Below, one piece after another: positions 9,551 to 17,643 of a stretch of DNA of 64,000 bases. Source of the DNA: an uncultured virus (IMG/VR IMGVR_UViG_3300006752_004376) (Duplodnaviria; Heunggongvirae; Uroviricota; Caudoviricetes); the IMG/VR virus record IMGVR_UViG_3300006752_004376, one strand, 5' to 3'. Each line of letters opens with the position of its first letter. Position 1 is the stretch's first letter. Under the pieces are notes generated by a model. The model made no database searches, was not told the DNA's origin, and was given only the letters and a program-made list of their open reading frames with translations. A program made the translations under genes and the position numbers.

Positions 9551-10489
9551 ATGAACGAACAAAAAATTGATAACACATTTAATAGAGTCATGGAAGAAAT
9601 TAACAGACTCCAAAAGGCTTTCCAGCCCGGAAAAAATTTAGAAAAAGCTATTGCAGAAGTAGGTGGCGATATTGCATGGCTTAAAGATATTAACGAATCA
9701 TTTGATAAACTATATGAAGCTCTTGAAGAAGGACACTATGGTGCAATTGCACATTTAGATATGAAAGAAGAGCTAAGTAAGAAGAAAAAAATTACACCAA
9801 GCACTCCAACAAATATGGTAGCAGAAGGCGTGTTAGACGCTGATGACGATGACGGGTTTATGGCTCGTTCACAATTATATTTCTTAGCACGTGATGCAAT
9901 TACATTACACAGCCAAATCAACGATCAAGATGATTTAGAGCCGTGGGTACAAAGTAAAATAGCTCAGTCAAGCAAAGACATTGATGCAGTTCGTCGTTAC
10001 ACTGAATACAATGCCATGAAAGCACAAGTTGAGCCAAGTGCAGAATTACCGCAAGAAGTACCAGGCGCTGGAGAAGAAATGCAAGTTCCAATGGAAGCAA
10101 TTCCTTCAATAGACGAAAGTGGAGTAAAAAGACAATTAGAAGATGACGCTGAAAATTTAAGCAGAGATGAATTTATTGAAAAGCATGGAGATGCAGACTT
10201 TTACGATAGTTACAATGGAGTAGAAGAAGCAATTGGTGCTACAACAGATAAAGAAAGATCAGAGCGTGATCACGATGCATTAGTAGTTACTGATGCTGAC
10301 AAGGATATGAACACACCAGCTTGGCAAAGATATAAAGCAGGTGATAACAGATATATCTACAAAACAAGAAAAGATTCTGAAATTACTGAAGGCATGAATT
10401 TTGATGAAAAGAGAAGCGACGAACTAAAAGTAGTTGCTAATGATTTATTTAAAAATGCGTTAAGTAAAGCAAAAGCAAAGGCGAAATAA
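9551..10489 (+). CDS. Acidic modular protein, probable head internal protein
   Basis: Short segments bounded by [VI]xE sites (VAE, IDE, VEE, ITE). Confidence 0.6.
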   Translation: MNEQKIDNTFNRVMEEINRLQKAFQPGKNLEKAIAEVGGDIAWLKDINESFDKLYEALEEGHYGAIAHLDMKEELSKKKKITPSTPTNMVAEGVLDADDDDGFMARSQLYFLARDAITLHSQINDQDDLEPWVQSKIAQSSKDIDAVRRYTEYNAMKAQVEPSAELPQEVPGAGEEMQVPMEAIPSIDESGVKRQLEDDAENLSRDEFIEKHGDADFYDSYNGVEEAIGATTDKERSERDHDALVVTDADKDMNTPAWQRYKAGDNRYIYKTRKDSEITEGMNFDEKRSDELKVVANDLFKNALSKAKAKAK

Positions 10490-10491
10490 TT

Positions 10492-11520
10492 ATGTTTACA
10501 AAAGCTCAATTTCTAGATAATGAAGATAACAATTATCACACTGAAAATGGTATTGCGTTAGCAAACGAATTTGGTACTGAAGAAGAAAAAGAATTAATGG
10601 CACAAATTCAAAAAGATCATTATGATCGTGGACATATTAATCCAGATGAAATTGAAGCACGTAACGCTATTGTTAAAAAATACTATCCAATGTTAGAAGA
10701 CAATTCAGTAATTGAAGGTACTGAAATGGGATCAATTGGTGATGTTGATGTAAAGCAATTTGCAAGTAAAGATGGAACAGCAATACAACTTACTGGCTCT
10801 AATGGTTATGTTCAGCTTTCTAGAGAAGAAGCAGCACAATTAGCAGCACGTCTAGCAAAATGGGCAGGATCTAAAGACATGGCGTATCCAGGTGAGTATG
10901 ACGAATCTGATACAAATGAACATGATGCAACTGGTCTTAGAAAAATTTTATCTAAAACTCCATATATTGGTCATAAAATACATGGGCATGATCATATGCC
11001 AGCACCAGCAAAGAAAAAGCCAACTAAACAAAATAGGCCTACAGGACCACAAAAAGAAAGTACAATTAACGAATTAGATTTGCTTGCTCCTAACACAGAT
11101 TATGTTAGAGCACCAAATGGTGAATACTTTAAAGTAAACTACAGAAACACAGGCACTGTAACAGGTGGTGGACATAAAAGAGGCGATAAAGCAGCTTTTA
11201 CAAATGTAGAAAAAGCAACACCAAGAGAAGTTGAATTATTAGATTTAGATAGTAGATTAGATTACGACTACAGAGATGATAGCGGATATAAATCTAAAAA
11301 ATCTAATACAATTCATACTGGACATGATCATCAAGGCGGAACTCCATTTAGCGATAAAGACATAAGCGTTTATGCTATGGATACTGAAGAATATGAAACT
11401 GGTATACCAACTGGAGTTAAAACAGCATTGTTGAAACACATGACCCAAGAACAAGACAAAGTCACAAACGAAAATAGAAAAAGAGCTATTGCAGAGTGGC
11501 GTAAAAAATATAAAAAATAA
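10492..11520 (+). CDS. Acidic modular protein, probable head internal protein
   Basis: Segments bounded by Glu-ending sites (MLE, VIE, INE). Confidence 0.6.
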   Translation: MFTKAQFLDNEDNNYHTENGIALANEFGTEEEKELMAQIQKDHYDRGHINPDEIEARNAIVKKYYPMLEDNSVIEGTEMGSIGDVDVKQFASKDGTAIQLTGSNGYVQLSREEAAQLAARLAKWAGSKDMAYPGEYDESDTNEHDATGLRKILSKTPYIGHKIHGHDHMPAPAKKKPTKQNRPTGPQKESTINELDLLAPNTDYVRAPNGEYFKVNYRNTGTVTGGGHKRGDKAAFTNVEKATPREVELLDLDSRLDYDYRDDSGYKSKKSNTIHTGHDHQGGTPFSDKDISVYAMDTEEYETGIPTGVKTALLKHMTQEQDKVTNENRKRAIAEWRKKYKK

Positions 11521-11531
11521 AAGGAAATACT

Positions 11532-11783
11532 ATGTTAAAATGGATTAAAAGCATTTTTGCTAAAGACGAACCATTAGTACTAACTAATGAAGTTAAAGAA
11601 GATGTAAAGAAAACAAAAACAAAACCACTAGTAGTAAAACCGTCATTTAAATCAAAAAAAGAATTATCATCAATGACAAAAGCTAAACTTGAAGAAGTTG
11701 GTAGAGTATATGGCATTGAGTTAGATAAGAGACTTACCAAAGATAAATTAGTTACACAACTTTGGAAATCGATTAAAAAGTAG
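11532..11783 (+). CDS. Small protein with C-terminal Rho-N/HeH-like helical motif
   Basis: LSSMTKAKLEEVGRVYGIELDKRLTKDKLV; AAGGA RBS. Confidence 0.6.
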   Translation: MLKWIKSIFAKDEPLVLTNEVKEDVKKTKTKPLVVKPSFKSKKELSSMTKAKLEEVGRVYGIELDKRLTKDKLVTQLWKSIKK

Positions 11784-11880
11784 ACGAAAGTAAACTAGTA
11801 AATGGGAACTAAAGAACTTTTAAGAATATTTCTAGTCGCAAACACACAACATCAGTTGAAGCTGGCGAAACTATAACCCT

Positions 11881-12087
11881 ATGCAATTCACAAGGAAAAC
11901 TGCAGAACACAATAACGGCTCTTGCCAGAACTGTGGTCGACCAAGTCATTGTGGAAGTGGACGTTGGGAAGAAGTACAAGACTATGTTGTAGACGGAGGA
12001 GAATTACGTATGATAAAAGTATGTGATTCTTGCAGATGTCACAATTGCACTGGAAAAAACCATGAACGAACCAAAAAACGCAGATAG
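11881..12087 (+). CDS. Cys-rich small protein (probably Zn-binding)
   Basis: CQNC..HC..CDSCRCHNC. Confidence 0.6.
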   Translation: MQFTRKTAEHNNGSCQNCGRPSHCGSGRWEEVQDYVVDGGELRMIKVCDSCRCHNCTGKNHERTKKRR

Positions 12088-12706
12088 TTGGCAGGCTTAT
12101 CCTGCTCTAAGATGGGTTTACAATAAACTAGATCTAAGTACAAAACTAGGATATAATTGTGGACCAGACACTGTTCCTGTACCAAGTACAGGAAAGTATG
12201 TTGAAAGACCTATTATGAATTTAAGTAATATGGGAGTTTCGGCAAAGATAGTACAACTTAATGAAGGCGATACTATTAATACACCAGGACATTTTTGGTG
12301 TGAATATTTTGAAGGTGATTTAGTTAGTGTGGATTATACCTTTCGTAAAGGAGAAATATATCCACAACAAGCAATGAAAGGCACACATCATTCAAGAAGT
12401 CTTTCAACGTTTAATAAATGGGAAAAAGTAGAACCTTTTCCAGATTATGAGCTACCAGGCTTTGTTGATAAATTAAGTTCAGCTAAACATATCAACATTG
12501 ATTTTAAGGGCGGTAAAATAATAGAAGTTCATTTAAGGCATAATATAGGTTATCCTAAATGGGCTAAAGAAGTAATACCTATATGGGCACACGAAGATCC
12601 ACAAATGTTCGTTGAATATGAACAAATGGGCTATATATTTAAAAGTTCAGAAGATGATGCTAATGGAAATTTAGATAGCGGTCAAATTGGGTTTTATTAT
12701 AAATAG
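12062..12706 (+). CDS. ATP-grasp-like protein
   Basis: YVERPIMNL, FWCEYFEG..SVDY, KIIEVHLR; start revised to ATG 12062. Confidence 0.55.
   Translation: MNEPKNADSWQAYPALRWVYNKLDLSTKLGYNCGPDTVPVPSTGKYVERPIMNLSNMGVSAKIVQLNEGDTINTPGHFWCEYFEGDLVSVDYTFRKGEIYPQQAMKGTHHSRSLSTFNKWEKVEPFPDYELPGFVDKLSSAKHINIDFKGGKIIEVHLRHNIGYPKWAKEVIPIWAHEDPQMFVEYEQMGYIFKSSEDDANGNLDSGQIGFYYK
12698..12705 (+). promoter_or_regulatory. T4-type late promoter box
   Basis: TATAAATA 23 nt before ATG 12729. Confidence 0.6.
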
Positions 12707-12728
12707 TAGTATATAAAAGGAAAACAAT

Positions 12729-13799
12729 ATGAGATTAAGACATTTATTTGAATATGACGATTTAGACAAAGAAAAAGAAATCATTGTATCTAAAATTGCT
12801 GGCTTACGTGCAGATAATGAAGAAGACGCTGCTCTACTAGACAGAATTTATAAACTACTTAATAGTGGTCAAATTGGTGACAATATTTCAAAGGGCTTTG
12901 CGGCACCATTAGCAGATGAACCACTAAGTGATAAAGAAAAAACTTTAGTTATGCAAGACTTAACTAAAATTATTGCATCAGCTGACAGTGATTATAAATC
13001 AATGAATGAAATGATTTCTCAGTTAGAAAAAGGTGGAGTAGTTGACGTAGCAAAACTTAACTCACCATTAGTTTCTTTTTCAGCAATATTTACACACCCG
13101 GCTGCTGTTAAGGTTTTTCATGAACTTAAAAATTATGGAACAGGTAAAAAACAAAAAGGACCAGGTGAATATGCACTCGCATGTTTAAGTAATAAAGTTA
13201 GACTAGCAACAGGCGAAGGCGACTTGGAAGTAGAAGGCATTGGTAAAGTAGAATTAAAATCAGCAGTATCAAGCACAGGTGGACGTATTGGATACGGTGG
13301 CGGGTCGCAAAAAGCCAAACGTGCAGTACTAGACAAGTATGCAGATAGAATTCCAACAGTTATGGCATCTATTGGCGGCAAGGGCGGCAGTTTGGGATTA
13401 GGTAAATTCATTCCAGCTCTAGCACAAGATTTACCTTTGAACCAACCAGACAGTGTAAAAATTAGAACAGCAATTATGACAGAATTATTAAAAATGGATC
13501 TAGAAAGTTTTGCACAGCCAATTATACAAGCATTTGCTAAAACAGATAATCCAATTGAAATTGAAGATGCATACTTAAAAGCAAACTTCTTATGGTACAA
13601 AAATAGAGATGACTTTGATGCATTATTACTATGTAGTTTCCCTAATGAAAAATTTGCAATGATTAAAAATGAAAATGACTTAATTGCATTTAGAAGAGGT
13701 GGACATGCTCAATCGACTAGTATTAGTATTATTCCAACACAAGCTGGTGCAGGTAGAGAACAATGGGCACAGTTAACACTTAACAAGGCAAACGCTTAA
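12729..13799 (+). CDS. PD-(D/E)xK nuclease-like protein, MRLRHLFE tag
   Basis: GPGE..GDL..VELK pattern. Confidence 0.6.
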   Translation: MRLRHLFEYDDLDKEKEIIVSKIAGLRADNEEDAALLDRIYKLLNSGQIGDNISKGFAAPLADEPLSDKEKTLVMQDLTKIIASADSDYKSMNEMISQLEKGGVVDVAKLNSPLVSFSAIFTHPAAVKVFHELKNYGTGKKQKGPGEYALACLSNKVRLATGEGDLEVEGIGKVELKSAVSSTGGRIGYGGGSQKAKRAVLDKYADRIPTVMASIGGKGGSLGLGKFIPALAQDLPLNQPDSVKIRTAIMTELLKMDLESFAQPIIQAFAKTDNPIEIEDAYLKANFLWYKNRDDFDALLLCSFPNEKFAMIKNENDLIAFRRGGHAQSTSISIIPTQAGAGREQWAQLTLNKANA

Positions 13800-13800
13800 T

Positions 13801-14082
13801 ATGTGGGACATAATTGTACAAATGGTTACAGATAGATTGTGGATTTATACTGCAATAGTAGGTAGTATATTTGGTGCATTATTTGTTTATTGGATTAAAG
13901 ATACATACATTGCATTTTGGGCAATAAACAAATGGGAATCATTATTAGACTTCCTAGTTAATCGTTGGGGTTGGACATGGTTCAAACATAACCCAGATGC
14001 ATGGAAAGCAGCCAATCCAAAACTTACAAAAAAAATTGAAGAATTAGAAAAACGTATTAAGTTCCTTGAAGGCAAACGTTAA
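13801..14082 (+). CDS. Membrane protein with C-terminal coiled coil
   Basis: Hydrophobic N-terminal half; KIEELEKRIKFLE. Confidence 0.7.
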   Translation: MWDIIVQMVTDRLWIYTAIVGSIFGALFVYWIKDTYIAFWAINKWESLLDFLVNRWGWTWFKHNPDAWKAANPKLTKKIEELEKRIKFLEGKR

Positions 14083-14097
14083 AAGAAGATAACCAAT

Positions 14098-14949
14098 ATG
14101 ATATACTTAGTATGCACCCGTAGTGCAATTTGTGCTAGTGCCTTAACTTATATAATTAATCAAAGTCCAAAGTGTTACAATTTAGTACACAATAATCTAT
14201 ATTTTACAGAAAAAGGAAAGGCATTTAATGATGCCGTTACAATTAATGATTGGTGGAATATACCTGATACTTACTCGTCCGTTTATAATATTGATATAAG
14301 AAATAATGAAAGAATGGATCCTGAATCATTAAAAAAATTACTTGCTGGTTGGGCAAAATTAGACACAGGAAAAAGTATAGCCTTGTTTACTCATGCTACT
14401 AATACTGCAGAACTTATTGAATATAAAAACACACATAAACTTCCTATAACAATTATTACAACAATAATGGGTGCTAATAGCTATCTTTATTTAGATTTAT
14501 TTTTAAAACGTGAATACAGTGATGAAATGAATCCATTTACTACTATTGACGATACATGGAAATATTTATATAATCAATATATAAATCAAGATACTAAATG
14601 GGCAGAACATGCAGACATAGTATTAGAAATGGACGAATGGCTAGGAGACCCTACTAATACATATAATAAATTAAAAATATTTCATAACAACAATATCAAG
14701 CCTTGGGTACAAGAATACCTACAACGTAACTCATATAACGAATGGGATATTGGCGTAAACGACACAACAAATAAGTTAAAAGCAGTCAGCTACTTATTCC
14801 AACATAACCAACATAAACTTCCAACCATACAAAGTAAAAAGCTACTAGCATTAGCATCATTAGAGTCAGTAAGACATCATGCTTCTACAGTAGATGAGGT
14901 TATTGAAAGAGCCTCAAATATACTCAGATATCAATTGACAACTTCATAA
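14098..14949 (+). CDS. Hypothetical protein, possibly degenerate sulfotransferase fold
   Basis: N-terminal strand-loop-helix IYLVCTRSAICASAL. Confidence 0.5.
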   Translation: MIYLVCTRSAICASALTYIINQSPKCYNLVHNNLYFTEKGKAFNDAVTINDWWNIPDTYSSVYNIDIRNNERMDPESLKKLLAGWAKLDTGKSIALFTHATNTAELIEYKNTHKLPITIITTIMGANSYLYLDLFLKREYSDEMNPFTTIDDTWKYLYNQYINQDTKWAEHADIVLEMDEWLGDPTNTYNKLKIFHNNNIKPWVQEYLQRNSYNEWDIGVNDTTNKLKAVSYLFQHNQHKLPTIQSKKLLALASLESVRHHASTVDEVIERASNILRYQLTTS

Positions 14950-14963
14950 TTTGAGTGTATTAT
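14935..14963 (+). promoter_or_regulatory. sigma70-type promoter
   Basis: TTGACA-17-TATTAT; AGGAG RBS downstream. Confidence 0.75.
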
Positions 14964-14991
14964 ATACGTTAAACAACACAGGAGAATATCT

Positions 14992-15249
14992 ATGAGCATT
15001 ACATTTGGAACAGAAGACGTTGCCAAACTAAAAAACCTTATGCAAGAAGGCGTACAAGTTATGACTGAAGTTGAGACATTAAATGAAGGTCTTAAAGATA
15101 CAGTAAAGCATATTGCAGAAGAAATGGGCATCAAACCAGCAGTACTAAACAAAGCAATTAAAATTGCACATAAAGCAGAGTTTCATAAACATAGAGATGA
15201 TTTTGATACTCTTGAAACAATACTTGAGAGTGTCGGCAGAGCTGATTAG
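14992..15249 (+). CDS. T4 DsbA/GapR-like dsDNA-binding protein
   Basis: LNEGLKDTVKHIAEEMGIKPAVLNKAIK; near the polymerase gene. Confidence 0.65.
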   Translation: MSITFGTEDVAKLKNLMQEGVQVMTEVETLNEGLKDTVKHIAEEMGIKPAVLNKAIKIAHKAEFHKHRDDFDTLETILESVGRAD

Positions 15250-16361
15250 TGTTAGAAACAATTTATCAATTCTGGGGTATTAAACAAGAGCATATCTTTG
15301 ACGATGTGTTTACAGGTTATGAAGACCTGTACCCAGAATTTGATAAGCATACGAAAGAGACATATGAAGCAAATCCTGAAAGAACTATTGATACTGTTTT
15401 TAATCTCTATCGTAATCGTGGGATTGTCCCTATTGTATATTACACCGAAAAAGGACTCAGAAATGAAATCAAAGGGTTTCGTTCCAAGTCATATAACGGT
15501 GTGCAAGCTGGAACCATTGGACTCGGAAACAACGCCGGCCAAACTATTAATAGATTCCTCTTTACCAACATGCAAACAGCTGAACCAAAAGGTAGAGGAT
15601 CAAATTCATTAAAGGATAGATTTTACGATGATGCTAAATTACGCAGGGCTATCAGAATATGCTTTGAGTTTCGCGATGGGAATCGCCTTGTATATCCTAC
15701 TGCATTGCGCCGTTCATTGGAACTTGTCACAGGAGAAAACGTACAAAACTTTAAACCTCAACACGCAAGAGCTTTGGCAGAACGCTTATGTCCGGTATTG
15801 TGGGGTCGCATTTATGATTACTCTTGTGGTTATGGCGGGCGTCTCTTGGGTATTAGTAGTAGCAACCTAAACTATAAATACATAGGCACGGATCCAAACA
15901 CAGAAACAATTAAATATTTAAACTATTTAAATGAACTATTAGGAGCTGATGCTGAATTAATATGTTCTGGTTCTGAAGATTATCAGTGTGAAGATATTGA
16001 TCTAGCATTTAGCAGTCCACCATATTTTAATTTGGAGAAATACAGTGACGAAGAAACACAATGCATGGTTAAGTATACAACACTTGATGAATGGTTTGAA
16101 GGCTATGTCGGACCTACTATCGAGAATATCCATAGAGGATTACGAAGCGATGGAACGTTTGCAACGAACATCGCAGACTACAAAAGCTACGGCAACAAGG
16201 AATACTACGTTGTGGACAGGTGGATTGAAACTGCTGAAAAAATTGGGTTCAAACACAAAGAAACTATTAAGATGATGCTTAACACTAGACCCGGAGTAGG
16301 CAACGATAAAAAAGAAGGCAGAGAAAAATTCGAAGGAGTATACGTTTTTGAAAAACGATAA
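15249..16361 (+). CDS. DNA amino-methyltransferase (N4-C/N6-A type)
   Basis: DYSCGYGG SAM motif and SPPY catalytic motif. Confidence 0.8.
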   Translation: MLETIYQFWGIKQEHIFDDVFTGYEDLYPEFDKHTKETYEANPERTIDTVFNLYRNRGIVPIVYYTEKGLRNEIKGFRSKSYNGVQAGTIGLGNNAGQTINRFLFTNMQTAEPKGRGSNSLKDRFYDDAKLRRAIRICFEFRDGNRLVYPTALRRSLELVTGENVQNFKPQHARALAERLCPVLWGRIYDYSCGYGGRLLGISSSNLNYKYIGTDPNTETIKYLNYLNELLGADAELICSGSEDYQCEDIDLAFSSPPYFNLEKYSDEETQCMVKYTTLDEWFEGYVGPTIENIHRGLRSDGTFATNIADYKSYGNKEYYVVDRWIETAEKIGFKHKETIKMMLNTRPGVGNDKKEGREKFEGVYVFEKR

Positions 16362-17643
16362 AAGAACTATAATGCAAAGTTACAAAGATGTTCCTGAGGA
16401 TTCTCTGGTTCATTGGAAAGCTGATCTTAATAACACTTATTGTGTTGCTCCACATAACGAAGTTCATGTAGATCATTTTGGTGATTATGGTTTTTGTTGT
16501 CAATACAGAAAAGGCTTATTTGGAAATATTAAAACAAAACATGCAAAAGATTTCTTTTGGAATCCTGATTCTGCAGAAGTAAGAGCTAATACAAAAGAAA
16601 ATGTATGGCCAGATGGTTGTGGACGTTGTCAAAAATCAGAGAACAAATCAGGATGGAGTCATCGTTTTGGTTCACAACATGAATGGAATGACCCTGCAAA
16701 TCCAAGACACGAATCAAACATTAATAAATTTTCAATAGATTTTAGCAATGCATGTAATCTTAGATGTACTATGTGTAGTCCAAAACGTAGTACTGGTTGG
16801 TATAAAGATGTTAACTATTTGTTAGAAAACATGGATAGTATCCAAGAAGTTGATAGAGCAGTAGCAGGAACAAGAATGAAACAACAACAGTATATTATTC
16901 CTGCTCGTGTTGTTGATGAAAATTTAGAAGTATTTTTAGGATGTAAATTAATCGAGTGTAGCGGTGGTGAACCTTTTTATCAACCTCAGTTTTGGCATAT
17001 GGTAGATAAGTTAATTGAACATAACTATACTGGAGATCTAAAGATTGTAACAAACTTGACTTTACTAGACAAAGAAAGAACTGAAAAACTAAAAAAACTT
17101 AATACTAGACTTGTAGTAAGTTTAGATGCAATTGAAGAATTATATGAATACGTAAGACCAGCAGTTGGTACGATTGGAAAATACAAAGGCGAAATGATTC
17201 AACAAAGAATTCTTGATTGTAGTAAGTTATTTCATGTAGGTTTATCTTATACTCCACAGTTACTTAACATGTATAATATTAAGCCTTATATTGAATGGCT
17301 TTGGAAACATGAGTTTTATGGAAAGAGTAAGTTAAATGATCTTACTGGTTTTAATGCGGCTCTTGTTGCTCCACAGTATCTTTGTTTACAAGTACACCCA
17401 GACATTGAATATAGAAAATACTTAGCAGATTGGATTGAAAATGAATGTTTTACTCGTTGGGATAATCCAAAAGAACATGTGTTAAGAGGTGTAGTAAATT
17501 TACTTAGAAAACCATACGAAGAAGAAGATGAAGATAATTGGAAATTCTTCTGTAAAACAACAGAACTACTTGACAAACACAGAAAAACAAGTATACTTAA
17601 ATATATTCCGCAACTAGAAAAATATTGGATAAGCCCTGAATAA
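16348..17643 (+). CDS. Radical SAM protein with N-terminal SPASM/twitch domain
   Basis: CNLRCTMC, GGEP; YC..FCC..CGRC. Confidence 0.9.
   Translation: MKNDKRTIMQSYKDVPEDSLVHWKADLNNTYCVAPHNEVHVDHFGDYGFCCQYRKGLFGNIKTKHAKDFFWNPDSAEVRANTKENVWPDGCGRCQKSENKSGWSHRFGSQHEWNDPANPRHESNINKFSIDFSNACNLRCTMCSPKRSTGWYKDVNYLLENMDSIQEVDRAVAGTRMKQQQYIIPARVVDENLEVFLGCKLIECSGGEPFYQPQFWHMVDKLIEHNYTGDLKIVTNLTLLDKERTEKLKKLNTRLVVSLDAIEELYEYVRPAVGTIGKYKGEMIQQRILDCSKLFHVGLSYTPQLLNMYNIKPYIEWLWKHEFYGKSKLNDLTGFNAALVAPQYLCLQVHPDIEYRKYLADWIENECFTRWDNPKEHVLRGVVNLLRKPYEEEDEDNWKFFCKTTELLDKHRKTSILKYIPQLEKYWISPE

Noticed and set aside
11784..11880. Possible tRNA/ncRNA or 24-aa ORF (11802-11876) in the gap
   Set aside because: No cloverleaf or T-loop motif; the ORF has no RBS
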